Source of the DNA: Azolla caroliniana
Taxonomy: Eukaryota > Plantae > Polypodiophyta
Assembly: GCA_043228905.1 (NCBI GenBank)
Contig: JBHGNT010000001.1
Coordinates: 24,304,001-24,368,000 of the forward strand
DNA: 64,000 nucleotides
Direction of reading: 5' to 3'
The notes under the pieces were generated by a model. That model did no database searches. It saw only the letters and a program-made list of their open reading frames with translations, and was not told the DNA's origin. Shown in pieces: positions 1 through 12,895 of this stretch; position 1 is the stretch's first letter; each line of letters begins with the position of its first letter. Made by a program: the position numbers and the translations under genes.

Positions 1-1345
1 TTCTTCAAGATGACGGAAGAAGCAATTGTTACCGATTAGGAACACTGTATATGCTCAGTCCTTCGACATAGACCTCAAGGTGACTGTGTTAAAAGGAATG
101 GAACTGTCATACCATAAATCGTAATGGGATACTCCCTCGCATCCTAGTAGCGTATAAGGGAGACGGCTACAACCGAACTCCTTAGGAAGTGAACTAGTAT
201 CCGCACTTGCGCCTACACCCTTACGATTAATCAGTACACAACAGAGAAACAAAGAACGCAGCAAATACAACCACAGATATGCACAGAGGTCAGAGAAGAT
301 AGTATTCTATTAGGAAAAACGTTCTATGCACCAAAATTACACACTACCTCTTACAGAGGATTTCTACCCTTTATATACACAAGGCTTTTAGCCGTTCACG
401 TTTCCCGCGTGAACCATTACATGCGTTTCTTAACACTTTACTATATTATAATGCTTCTGGGCTTCTGTCCGTCGGTTACTATTCCGGCGGACAACAACAA
501 TATCAACTGTTCAAGAAGATATTGCTAAAGACTTGTTTGACATGGTAGCTTATGACCGCGAAGAAATTGGTCGACTCATGCAGGAGTTCGATAAACATGA
601 CATGGACACAACTGTTCAGTTAGACGCCTTTGAAGCCGAATGACAAAGCTAGAGTCTAGGGCTTGGTACACTAGAGCCAGTTGCACCACCACCACCACAA
701 CCATCGATCGAGGATACACAACAACCTGCGGATCCAGACAACGACGACACGGAGAGCCAACAACACGAACCTTCCCTGTTTGATTTTTTGCAGGACGACC
801 CTGAAGATGAATGGGAAGAGCACCTTCCTTCCGCATAGAGTGGTACCGTGGGTTCGCCGAGCAATACCCTGGCCCACGGGCGTGCCATGTGTTACCCGGA
901 CAAAGAGGGTGGACAAACATAGTGGGGAAGCATCCGAATCGCAGTCAAAGTCGAAGTCAAATCGATGAAGAGTATCAATGAGTCTTCATTTTGGCTAAAT
1001 AATAATTAATACCGAAAAGTATAGTTAGTTACAAGTTTTGTAGTTCTTACCGATAGGGCAATATGTATTTCTTGATGAGGAAGTCATTGGGGTTGCCTAT
1101 AAAAAGGAACTTAAGACATTGTAAAATCTATTGTTTTAGTTTTAGTAATATAAGTTTAGTTGTAGGAATTCTCGGTGTGCAGCTGTTTATCTTTTTATGT
1201 ATTTAATCTATTTGGCTACAACTGTATTACGTAGGTAATGATCTCGATGTCTATGTAACATCGATAAGACTACAATAACTTAATATCTATTCACACAACC
1301 ACAATTCTTTGATAGAACGTTCAATACGAACGTTCGAACACTGCT

Positions 1346-2217
1346 GTGTTGGCGACTGAGTCAGCTGTTGACCGAACAATATTTGCCCAAGCTCATCAAA
1401 TATCCCTAAGAAAACTCCCTTGTCTAGCCTCTGAAGTAGTCATTGATGGTCGTCACATTGCTTTCGGAAATATCATAGAAGAGTCGAAGCCGGTTAATAT
1501 TGTCCTAGATAATTTAGTGTGTGAAGTATCATTCAATATAATTAGTAGCCCAGAACATCCCATTGTTTTGGGGTTACGATGGTTCGAATTACATAACCTA
1601 GACATAGATTGGAGAACAAGAGAAATCCAGTATCGACAAACCCAATGATCTATTCATAAGAATGCAACCATTTCGCTACATCAATTGCATGAGGAAGGAT
1701 GCAAGGAAGCAATGTTTATCTTCGCAATATTAGTAAAACCTTCCAACACCACTAAAGAGGAGTCCACAGTTCAACTTGCAGAGACGTATTGTCATTATGT
1801 CGATGTGTTCGATAAAGGTACAACCCAATACACTTCCTCACTATCGACCATATGACTGCCCCATTGATTTACAACCGGGAACAAAGCCACCATGGGGACC
1901 AATCTATAATTTTACACCAACCGAACTAGAAGTCCTTCGAGCCTATATAGAGGAGAACCTGGCAAACGGTTTCATTCGACATTCAAAATCTCCAGTTGGC
2001 GCACCCATTTTCTTCTTCAAGGAAAAGGATGGATCACTTCGTCTCATCATAGAGTATCGTGCCTTGAATAAGGTCATCATTAGGAGTAGGTATGCACTTC
2101 CCCTTATCTCAAGTCATTTAGAACGGATCAATGGTAGAAGGTTCTTCACAAAGATCAACTGATGAGGAGCATATAACCTCATACGGATCCGACCAGCCGA
2201 TGAATGGAAGACCACGT
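1346..2217 (+). pseudogene. Ty3/Gypsy chromovirus (Tcn1-like) pol, 5' part: aspartic protease remnant and start of RT
   Basis: PIVLGLRWFELHNLDIDW (protease C-term); PYDCPIDLQPGTKPPWGPIY..GFIRHSKSPVGAPIFF.KEKDGSLRL (RT N-term); ends GAYNLIRIRPADEWKTT at the Gypsy-1 insertion site; frameshifts and stops. Confidence 0.9.
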
Positions 2218-3049
2218 TATCGCGGAAATCCGCGGGTACGTGTTTGATCCAGGGCGGGACCACAGGGATCTTGGACCTGAGAGAGACAGAGGATGTAAGG
2301 TCGAGCTTCACCGTTTCTAGCGGCCGGCCAAGACTCCTACCAAAGCGTTTCCGGATACGTACCGGGAGCAACCAAATTAGAGAGGAAAAAGGACACGTGC
2401 GCAACACCGACTAGACACACACTTCCTATGTACAGAAACTAGGAAGAAAGAACTCTAAAGACACTGACACACACACAGATGCATAGAACTTCGTGACTAT
2501 ATATGTACAAGAGCAAGATACAACTCCAGCTTTGAGCCAGACCAAGGTGGATTAGGTTACATCAGCGTTCTGCTGCCAAGCCGCCGATCGAGGAGCTCAC
2601 GGGCTCGTCGCGCCGAGCGGGGTCTTTCACAGAAGACAGAGTGGAAGTGAAACCCCCCTAGGACATATGAGCTCTCAACCGGACTAAACCCTAAACAGAC
2701 ATGAAGAAGAAGACCTCCAAGAAACTCTAAAAGTAAGAAGAAGAAGAAAGCTACCTTACCCTAGACTACCATACCTTAGACCTAATGGTATTCCTTCCTA
2801 ACTCAAAATGGGCAACCCTTTTACAAGGGACTCTCCCTTCCTTTTATAGCAAAAAGACGGAGGTGCATAACAATGTGGGATAAATCTCGTATAACATGGA
2901 ATTCTCTGTCACAACTTAACTCCTATTCAGTGCCATAAGGGCAACCCTATTATTCACACGTTTTATACAAGGGTAAGTGCACATGATGCACTTCGCCGAT
3001 GCCACTAACTTCTCCGGTTTTCTCACTATGGTCATGAATCTTCATGACA
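2218..3049 (-). repeat. 3' LTR of Gypsy-1
   Basis: Aligns over its full length with 17582-18408; adjacent PPT GGTTTGGTGGGGGTAGA on minus strand. Confidence 0.92.
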
Positions 3050-4481
3050 TCTACCCCCACCAAACCGCACATCCACTGGTACGTGCAAAATCCAAAGAAG
3101 TGTGACCGATTCCGGCCATAGTGATCAAACGGTCTTCTGTAATCCGCATCCCCAGCTGCCTTGTTGGCCTCTGCCAGTTCCATCCTCGTGCTTGCCTCTT
3201 CGTAGCCTCGTTTGACATGTCGATAGGTTGTTTGCCGTGATATCCTTCTGTACGTGTGCTCGTCCAGCGGTCCTCGACCAACCATATGCATACCCTTTTC
3301 CACATTGTATACCCGGTGTCCTCCACGTCCGAGGAGCAGCCCCGTAGTCGCTTGCTTGGCCTCTGCGTCGCGTTGGTTGGGTCCGGCATCAACACTCGTT
3401 GTTTTTCCGCATACCGGTGTCCTCCGCGTTCGAGGAACACCCCGTGTCGGCCCGCTTCGCCCCTTTCGTTCCGTGCTGCTGCAACTAGTTCGGCGCCATA
3501 CACTTGCCGTCCTCCCTTCACCCCCACCAGCTTGTTATCTCGGGCTTGGCTTGCCACGCGAGTCGTTGCCACTCTGATTGAGCCGCCGAGATCTCCGAAG
3601 CGGTTGTGGAGGATCCTCCTTCGGTCACCGATACCGTTTCCGGCTACCGACCCGTGTAGCCTATCCCGCGCTGGTTTCTGACCTGGCAACACTGTGTGCC
3701 GTCTTCCACCTTCCTTGCTCGGCACCGCCTGTGCCGAACACCGTCCCGTACCCGTGCTTTACTTCAGCCCTTGATGGCCACACGCACATCTTCCAATCCA
3801 CTTCCGGGTGTGCCCTTTTCGGCTCGACACACCGCTCCTCGCTTGGGTGTCCTCGATAACTTTTCGTGCTGCTACCCATGAAGGATCACCCTTGCCCGTT
3901 TCGGCCCGCCTGGCCTTTGTTGTTCTTGCGACGCCTTGGTTGCTCGGTGCCTTTGTTGCTACGACCTTTGTCCCCTTGCCACCACCGTCAGTATCTTCAT
4001 CTTATGTTGGCTCCCGGCTCCAACCACTGAAGTCTCTTGATCCGGTGTGGAGGATCCTTCTCGGGCCTCCGATCCGTTAGGCCACCGACTCATGCACCAA
4101 GCGTGTCCGGTCTTAGTCCTGCTGACCCTGCAGATCGGGTCCGGTTTCAGTTCGTGGCTGCGTCCCCGGTCTTATACCTCTTTCCGCTCCTTTTCGGCCC
4201 TTCTGCTTGATCTCGTTCACCTGCCACCACTGTCCTTCTCTCTAGGTCTCATGTCGGCTCTCGGCCGACCGCCGGAGTCTCTGGATCGGTGTGAGGATTG
4301 TCGTACGATCGCCCCATCACTGCCCTTTGCCCTTGTCCCCTTGCCACTACCGTCAGTCTCTTGGTCTTACGTCAGCTCCACTGCCGACTGCCGAAGTCTC
4401 TAGATCTAGTGTGAAGGATCCTCCTTGGTCCTCTTGTCTTTCCCGACCCTATGTGGCTCACTCCCCCGGTTCTCATCCGGG

Positions 4482-4894
4482 TGTCACGGACACACCAAGT
4501 GCGGACTAAGACGGAGCACGGATGATGAGGCTACGACGGAGCGATGACGGAATGACACAAGAGCATAAAGATAGAGATGAAGATTAAGGAGAGAAGATGG
4601 GCGAAACAAGAATACTAGATTGATATGTCCCTGATTAGCGTTGTTCACCTTGAAGGAATTCAAGGTGAACTCAACTATTTATACTAAGTGGCATGCATAC
4701 CTATTGCGTGCATGTGATACAATAGAGCATGTAGGCAGTAGGTACGCATGCATGTGCCAAGTGTAAATAATACAAGGGAGAAATTATGCTAAAACCTACA
4801 ATGAGGAAGTATATCCATGATTATATGCTAGATGTGTGGTTAACACATAACACTCGATTATAACATGGTCATATCAAGAGTTCAAATGTTGACA
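4482..4894 (-). mobile_element. Solo LTR (413 bp)
   Basis: TGTCA...TGACA termini, perfect 5-bp TSD CCGGG (4477-4481/4895-4899), TATAAATAG on minus strand near 4680. Confidence 0.85.
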
Positions 4895-5162
4895 CCGGGC
4901 TTGTCTGATCACTCGGCATCGCCGGGTCCCGTTCTCCTGCCACCACCGTCGATCCCCTCCGTGCTCGTTACTTAGCCCTTACACGGCCATATTGCACGTT
5001 TTTTTGTTTCGCTCTTCGTTGTGTACTTCTTCGGGTCATCACACACTTCCCTTGACTCCCAAGTCGGTCCTCCGCATCCTTAAATAACGTTGCTCTGCTC
5101 CGAGGAACACCTTCATCGCTCGTTTGGCCCGCTTGGCCTCCGTTGTTCTCTGCATTTTGGTC

Positions 5163-5686
5163 CTATTTCAGACGAACGATCCATGCTCGGATCGTGCTCC
5201 ATTTGAATCGGAATGCTGACTGGATCGGCTCCCAGTTGGGCCGACTTCCGACTCCGCTCCCTTCCATGCCGCCTCTCATTTCTATATTTTGCTCCGCCAC
5301 GGCCCCATCCTTGGCCTCCTCGCAGGCCATCTCCAACTCATCTTCGATAGCATCGTGCCAGGAGTCCTTGCTAGCACCTTCCATCTCTCCGGTCTTATGT
5401 CGGCACATGGGCCCGACTGCCGGAGTCTTTGGAATCTGTGTGGAGGGCTCTTCTCCACTCCCGACCTCCTCCTCGGCCAGTCTTTCTCCACAAGTCGACA
5501 GGGCTTGTTGCTCCACACCCTCTCCCGTGGTACCATCGTACCATTCTTCGGCCTCTGCTTGGGCCATATCCGCCTTGTCCGGAAGGTTGACTAGCTCTGA
5601 GTCTGCGGAATCCGTCTGCGTGCCGGATCTCTCTTCTTCGTCGACCATCGCCTTCAGAGCCTCGTATGCTTCCCAAACTAGGGCCT
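5163..5686 (-). pseudogene. Acidic low-complexity ORF segment of Gypsy-1 internal region (continuation of the gag-like ORF)
   Basis: Open E/D-rich frame (ALVWEAYEALKAMVDEEE...) cut at 5686 by the Copia-A insertion; no recognisable pol motif. Confidence 0.5.
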
Positions 5687-5749
5687 TGTAAAAGATTTCT
5701 TGCGGAAGCGTTAGAAAGAACAATACACAAAGAGAGAGAGAGAGTACGC

Positions 5750-5751
<2 letters not shown>

Positions 5752-5809
<58 letters not shown>
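5752..5809. repeat. (GA)n microsatellite inside Copia-A 3' LTR
   Basis: About 29 GA units here versus about 8 in the 5' LTR (16498-16515). Confidence 0.9.
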
Positions 5810-5811
<2 letters not shown>

Positions 5812-6503
5812 AGGACACACTATTCTTCAAAATTATATGAATACTCTGTGCTCTGTGTGTATCTACAACGCACTCATCAACGCTATTTATACAAGTCCAC
5901 ACGGGACTGTTAGAAGTACGGTGTACTTCAATGCTCACACGAACATCTGTCAGTAACTACAAAACTATAACTGCCTAGTAGTCTAACCTATACTAGGCTT
6001 CCGGTTACGGATTGGATCCGGCATACCGGCTCCCCAGCTCACCGGTCCTTACTGCTTACCGGCTCGGTTGGTCACCGGCATACCGATTCATCTCGCTTAC
6101 CGGCTCAGGCTTATTCAGCCGATCCGGCTCTGGTTGAGCTTGCCGCTCAACACTCCCCCTCAAGCTCAACCTGAGGTAGGGTCATAGTGTCAACCTCTGT
6201 GGCAGCCGGTTCTTCCAACCGACTTCTCCTGGCGTCGCTTCGCCTTGCTCGCGCTCCTTGTTCGGTCCGGTCCCGTTTGCCGCGACCCCTTTGGTTCTGC
6301 GCGCCTCGACCTTTGGCATGTTTGCTCAATAGGCCCATCTCAGCTCCTTTGCTGCTATGACTCCGGCGCTTGCCGATCCGTCGGTTCCACCGCGATTGCA
6401 TTGACTTCCGTTGCATCCGTGTCTCCTTGGTCTCTTCAGCCGGTTCACCGAAGTCGAATTCTTCATTCAAGTCCGCATCATGAACATTACGATCGTGATG
6501 ACC

Positions 6504-7480
6504 TCAGCATAGCATGCACTTCTCTTCCTGAGTGTACACTTCTTCTTCACAGCCGCTCACTCGGACCTGTTCGGATGTGCTGACTTCCTTCGTCGACTCG
6601 GCTTCATTTTTCTTCTTGTCTCCACCTCTACCGGTTCTTCTCTTACCTACGGGTTCAACAATTTTTTTGCCTTTGCCCGTTTCGGTAGTGTCTTTGCCCT
6701 TGCGTCTCCCCCTCAAGTGTGGCACGTCGAGATGCTGAACACCAAGCATTTCGGTAAAGTGTTGTAACTTGTCCAATCCGAGCGGCTTGGTGAAGATGTC
6801 GGCAACTTGCCGATCCGTGTGAACATACCGTAGTTCAACTTCACCGCTCAGGACCCGCTCACGCACGAAGTGATAATGCACTTCTATGTGCTTTGTGCGA
6901 GCATGGACCACAGGGTTCTTGGCGAGCTGCATGCTGCTGAGGTTATCGTAGTAGATCAGGATCGGGGTCAGTACCTCGATCCGCAGGTCTTGCAGTAGTC
7001 GCTGAAGCTATATGGCTTCGCAGGTGGCAACGGTCGCGCCTCGGTATTAAGCCTCAGTGTTGGATAGAGCCACTGTTGGCTGCTTTTTGCTGCTCCACGT
7101 AACAGCCGCACTCCACGTAACAGCCGGAAGTTGAGTGACGATCCGTTGCATCGCCAGCCCAATCGGCATCCGTGTAGCCGACAAGCTCTTCGGTTATACC
7201 TTGCCGGTATAAGAGCCCCCGGTCCTTAGTGCCGCTTACATACCTCAGTATTCATTGCGCGCACTAAAGGTGCTCCACGGTCGGCTTCTGCATGAATTGG
7301 CTTACCACTATGACCGGATAGCTAATGTCGGGTCGGGTGATGGTCAAGTAGATCAGGCTTCCGACTATTTGTCCAAACCGTTTCTCATCGCAGGCTGGTC
7401 CGGAGTTGGGACGAATCTTCTGATTCCGGTCCAAGGGTGTGGAGACAGGTCGGTATTCCGTCATGCCGAACTTGTATAGT
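6504..7480 (-). pseudogene. Copia-A RT C-terminus and RNase H
   Basis: IVGSLIYLTITRPDISY; KNPVVHARTKHIEVHYHFVRE..QVADIFTKPL. Confidence 0.92.
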
Positions 7481-7505
7481 ATATTTGTTGGGAGACAGGT
7501 CCCTC

Positions 7506-7702
7506 CGGATGGCGCAGACCCGTTGAGACCCGGATGAGGAGAACTTGGCTACGGAGAGCCGGATGGTGCAGACCCGGTGAGAACGAGATGAGGAGAACCT
7601 GGCTACGGAGAGCCGGATGGTGCAGACCCGGTGTGAACCGGATGAGGAGAACCCGGCTACGGAGAGTCGGATGGTGTAGACCTGGTGAGGAGTGCTTACC
7701 GG
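7506..7702 (+). repeat. 54-bp tandem repeat (about 3.5 copies) in U3 of Copia-B1 LTRs (also about 12225-12421)
   Basis: Unit CCGGATGAGGAGAACCTGGCTACGGAGAGCCGGATGGTGCAGACCCGGTGAGAA. Confidence 0.9.
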
Positions 7703-8169
7703 ATGAAGGGACATATTCATAAATATGTTTTTGAGAGTCCATCGAGGCTATATTTGTAAATAGCCGAAAAAGTCATATTAGTATAAATATGACTTAGGGC
7801 AAACTTATTGGTGTGGGATGTAGAGTGTTGTTATTCTTGTGTGTGTAAGATTAGAGCGGGTAACTGTGTACAAAGAGAGGGAGAGAGAAAGAGGAAGAGG
7901 TCGTTGCCTCTGTTGCAACCGCTGCCTGTGGCGAAGATAGAAAGCTCGAGGTTGTTACCTCAGTGCTTTACTGTTGTACATTGTAACATAGTGATAGTTT
8001 GCAGCCCGTGGGATGCCGTGGTTTTTCCCCAGTTTGGGTTTTCCACGTAAACATCCTGTGTACTCTCCTCTTCACTGTGTTGTGCATTCATTCCTGTTTT
8101 TTTTGTGTATGATTCTAAGCTCGGTTGTGGCCGAGCGTTGCGCATAAGGAGAGTTTAGTTCCCGTCAAG

Positions 8170-8181
8170 TGGTATCAGAGC
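8170..8181 (+). promoter_or_regulatory. Primer-binding site, tRNA-iMet
   Basis: TGGTATCAGAGC 2 nt after the LTR CA. Confidence 0.95.
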
Positions 8182-8199
8182 GAAACGACACATAAAAAA

Positions 8200-11100
8200 A
8201 TGGACGATTCGTTGGGAGGCATGTTCAAGCTCACCGGCTCCAACTATTCGGTATGGAAGTCGAAGATGAGGGACATGCTCGTGGTTAAGGATCTTTGGTT
8301 GCCGGTTTAGTTTGGGGACAAGAGACAGGACAAAATCGACGCCACGATATGGGAGGTGATGCACATGAAGTCAACGACGTACATACGGTGCTTCATCGAC
8401 ATGAGCCTATACAACAACTTCAATGAAGAGAGCAAGGCTCATGAGCTCTGGGAGAAGATCGGCATTATGTTTCAAAACAAAAATGTTGTTAATCAGGTTT
8501 CGGTATTCCGGAAGCTAGTAAGACTCCGGTACCAAGATGGCTCCAGCATGGCGGAGCACATGAATGCCTTCCAGGGGCTGATCCACCAGGCAACATCATT
8601 GGAATTACCTCTCGCCGACGAGGTACTAGCACTACTCCTGCTCGGTACCCTCCCGGATAGCTGGGAGACGTTGGTTGTCACTTTGGGCAACGCCGGGCCG
8701 GAAGGAAAACGTTTATCCCTAGCAAGAGTGAAGTCGAGCTTGCAAAATGAGGAGGCGCGTCGGAAAGATAAGGATACGAGCTCCGACTCCAAAGCGCTCC
8801 TTATCGAATCGGAACGCGGAAGACATAGAAACCGTAGTCCCCAGAACCGGGAGAAGTCGGGGACACGGTCAAAGTCAAGGGGGAGGCCTACTTGCTTCTA
8901 TTGCAGCAAGCCGGGACACTTCCAAAAGAACTGTCGGCATTTCCGGAAAGACAAGGAAACCGACGGTACCGATTCGAAACGGACCACGGACCGGAACGGT
9001 AAAGAACAGAGGGGGCTGGACCGGAAGGGAACGACGGCAATCGCAGCAAGTGAAGAAGAGTTTATGCTCATCACCGAGGAAAGTGAGCTAAACCTTGCCG
9101 GCGACGAGTTGACCTGGGTGGTAGACTCCAGAGCGTCGTTCCACCTTACCCCGGACCGGAAATGCTTCTCATCTTACTCAGCCGTTGATCACGACTGTGT
9201 CCGGATGGGGAATGAAGGTACATGCCGAATTGTCGGCATAGGAGACGTATGGTTGTCAACACCAACCGGATGCAAGATGCTGCTGAAGGATGTTCGACAC
9301 GTTCCGGAGGTTCGTCTGAACCTGATATCAGCTGGTCGGCTAGATGATGAAGGCTACACAAGTAGCATCCGGAACGGTGTCATGAAGTTCAGCAAAGGGA
9401 GCCTAATTGTGGCTCTGGCCCGGAAGGTAAACACACTGTACCTGATGAATGCCCGGTTCTGCCCAGAGGAAGTGAACGTGACATCCGACACTGCCGGTGA
9501 GCTGTGGCACAAAAGGCTATGTCACATGAGCGAGAAGGGGATGAAGAGGCTTGCAGACGACACCCTCATTCTAGTGAAGAACGTACAGTTGGAGAAGTGC
9601 ACAGACTGTTTGGCTGGTAAACAAAACTGGACCTCCTTCCGACCAAGGCCACCGATGAGACGTTGTGTGTCAAGTGGACACGAAGTCACATGCAGGATCG
9701 CAGTACTTTGTGCGTTCATAGATGACCACAGCCGGAAGCTGTGGGCCACACTGTTGAAGACGAAGGATCAGGTGTTATCCGTCTTCAAAGAGCTCCACGC
9801 GAGAGTGGAAAGAGAAACCGGTCGGAAGCTGAAGGCGGTTCGAGCAGATAACGGAGGTGAATACCGGGGGCAGTTCGAGGAGTACTGTCGCTCGAAGGGA
9901 ATCCGGCTCGAATTGACTGTGCCGAAGACGCAGAACTAAACGGGCTGGCCGAGAGGATGAACCGGACCATAATGGAGAGGGTCCGGAGTATGCTGGTGCA
10001 TGCAAAACTACCCAAGAAGTTTTGGGCTGAAGCACTGTCGACGTCGACATATGTGATAAACAGATCACCCTCAGTACCCTTGGACGGAGACACACCATAG
10101 AGAGTATGGACCGGTAAGGAAGTATCCTACTGACATCTGAAGGTGTTCGGGTGTCTCACGTACGTGCATGTAGCTAAGGACCGGAGAGGAAAGTTAGATC
10201 CAAAGACCCGGCCATGCATATTCCTCGGTTACGGCAACGATGAGTTCGACTACCGAGTGTGGGACCTGGTCGACAAGAAGGTATTCCGGAGTCGAGATAT
10301 TATCGTCATGGAGGACAAGACGCTCGCCGACTGGGAGTCGGAGAAGAACATAATGAACTCCGAGTCGACCGGTAAGGATCGATTCTACGATGAGCAGACC
10401 CAACCGGCAAGAGACCGGTTAGCACTCGAGGGACCAGCCGGTTACGGTGAGGATACCGAACAGGTTGAAGAAGAACTAGAGGAAGCTGAAACCGGAACCG
10501 GCCAAGACCCCGAATCAGTTTCGAATGAAGAGCAAATGGAGGAGCCGGTTAACGAAGCTCGAAGACGGAGATATCCTCTCAGAGAGAGAAGGGCCCCCCG
10601 GAGATTTCCGGATGCAGAGCATGTTCTGCTGACCGATGAGGGAGAGCCGGAAAGCTTCGAAGAAGCGAAGGATGACACCCACAGCCGAAAATGGTTAAGT
10701 GCCCTGCAGGATGAGATGGATTCCGTATAGGAGAACCATACGTACGAATTGGTGGAGTTTCCGAAAGGAAAGCGGGCACTCTGAAATAAGTGGGTGTACA
10801 AGTTGAAACCGGGAGATGCAGGCAACCCCCCGAGATACAAAGCCAAGATCGTGGTGAAGGGGTTCCAACAAAAGAAGGGCGTGGACTTCGACGAGATATT
10901 TGCCCCGGTAGTAAAGATGACCTCCATCCGGACGGTGCTGAGTATAGCGGCAAGGATGGACCTCGAGGTAGAGCAGCTGGACGTGAAGACGGCTTTCCTT
11001 CACGGCGACCTCGAATAGGAGATCTACATGCAGCAACCGGAAGGATTCGTGGAAAAAGGGAAGGAGCACCTGGTTTGCCGGTTGAAGAAGGCCCCCCGGC

Positions 11101-12194
11101 AATGGTACCGGAAGTTCGACTCCTTCATGACCGATCAAGGGTACCACAAGACGCAGGCCGATCACTGCGTGTTTGTGAAGAAGTTCGAAGGAGGCGAATT
11201 CCTGATACTCCTTCTGTACGTGGACGACATGTTGATCGTCGGACGAGACCAAGACAAAATAAAGATGTTGAAGAAGGCTCTCAACCGGACCTTCTCAATG
11301 AAAGACTTGGGTCCGGGAAGACAAATGCTGGGGATGCATATCATCCGGAACCGGTCAATGAAGCAATTGTGGCTGTCACAGGAGAAGTACGTGACAAAGG
11401 TGCTTCAGCGGTTCAACATGTTAGATGCGAAACCGGTCGGATCGACACTTCCGGCAAATTGCAGGCTATCCGGTAAGCAAAGCCCGAAGACGAAAGCAGA
11501 GAAGGCGGATATGATGAAGATTCCATATGCCTCTGCCGTCGGGAGCTTAATGTATGCAATGGTTTGTACCCGACCGGATATAGGATACGTAGTTGGAGTG
11601 GTGAGCCGGTTTATGAGCAATCCTGGCAAGGAGCACTGGAACGCGGTCAAATGGATACTTCGGTACTTGAAGGGTACTTCAAATATGTGTCTCCGATTCG
11701 GCTCCGGAAAACCTCAACTTGACGGTTTCACCGATTCAGACATGTCGACTGATGTGGATACCAGTCGGTCTACATCCGGGTATGTAAGGACATATGCAGG
11801 GGGAGCTGTTTCGTGGCAGTCGAGGCTGCAGAAGACGGTTGCGTTGTCAACCACGGAGGCGGAGTACATGGCGGCTGTGGAAGCCGGCAAGGAAATATTA
11901 TGGATGAAGGACTTCATCGGAGAGCTCGGTATCCGGCAAGATGAATACCGGCTCTATTGCGACAATCATAGTGCCATCCACCTTGCTAAGAATGCGGCCT
12001 ACCATTCCCGGACAAAGCATATCCAACGTAGGTATCATTGGATCCGGGAAAGAGTAGATGACCAGGAGTTCGCGCTGACAAAGATCCACACGGCCGAGAA
12101 CGGGTCAGATATGTTGACCAAAGTGTTGATACCCGACAAGCTGGATGCATGCCGGAAGCGAATTGGACTAGTAAGACACCCCATGCCGGAGTGA
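8200..12194 (+). pseudogene. Copia-B1 gag-pol with stops and frameshifts
   Basis: CFYCSKPGHFQKNC zinc knuckle; WVVDSRASFH protease; LWHKRLCH; RADNGGEY integrase; LLLYVDDML RT; RTKHIQRRYHWIRE RNase H. Confidence 0.95.
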
Positions 12195-12895
12195 AGGGGG
12201 AGTTTGTTGGGAGACAGGTCCCTCCGGATGGCGCAGACCCGGTGAGAACCGGATGAGGAGAACCTGGCTACGGAGAGCCGGATGGTGCAGACCCGGTGAG
12301 AACCGGATGAGGAGAACCCGGCTACGGAGAGTCGGATGGTGCAGACCCGGTGAGAACCGGATGAGGAGAACCCGGCTACGGAGAGCCCGATGGTGTAGAC
12401 CCGGTGAGGAGTGCTTAGCGGATGAAGGGACATATTCGTAAATATGTTTCTGAGAGTCCATCGAGGCTATATTTGTAAATAGCCGAAAAAGTCATATTAG
12501 TATAAATATGACTTAGGGCAAACTTATTGGTGTGGGATGTAGAGTGTTGTTGTTATTCTTGTGTGTGTAAGATTAGAGCGGGTAACTGTGTACAGAGAGA
12601 GGGAGAGAGAAAGAGGAAGAGGTCGTTGCCTCTGTTGTAACCGCCGCCTGTGGCGAAGATAGAAAGCTCGAGGTTGTTGCCCCAGTGCTTTACTGTTGTA
12701 CACTGTAACATAGTGATAGTTTGCAGCCCGTGGGCTGCCGTGGTTTTTCCCCAGTTTGGGTTTTCCACGTAAACATCCTGTGTACTCTCCTCTTTACTGT
12801 GTCGTGCATTCATTGCTGTTTTTTTTTGTGTATGATTCTAAGCTAGGTTGTTGCCGAGCATTGCGCATAAGGAGCGTTTAGTTCCCGTCAATATT

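Larger units (their letters stand above)
7486..12890 (+). mobile_element. Copia-B1 full-length Ty1/Copia element (Tnt1-like pol), inserted in the Copia-A RT
   Basis: LTRs 7486-8167 and 12205-12890 (TG..CA); perfect TSD ATATT; PBS TGGTATCAGAGC 8170-8181; PPT GAAGGGGGAG 12193-12202. Confidence 0.97.

Noticed and set aside
1-1345. LTR fragments and a poly-His/Pro ORF (681-968)
   Set aside because: LTR-like composition (TATA motifs, ..TTCGAACA end near 1340) but no partner, TSD or recognisable protein in the window
5395-5956. ORFs with SLSLSL/ERERER runs and the many antisense ORFs over pol genes
   Set aside because: Translations of the GA microsatellite or shadow frames of TE coding sequence
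7092-7126. Tandem duplication CTCCACGTAACAGCCG in Copia-A RNase H
   Set aside because: Local repair scar in a decayed copy with no functional implication
7438-7501. GGAGACAGGTC shared between the target region and the Copia-B1 LTR start (homology-guided insertion)
   Set aside because: 11-nt match 45 bp away in host coding sequence; the insertion has a normal 5-bp TSD, so chance is sufficient
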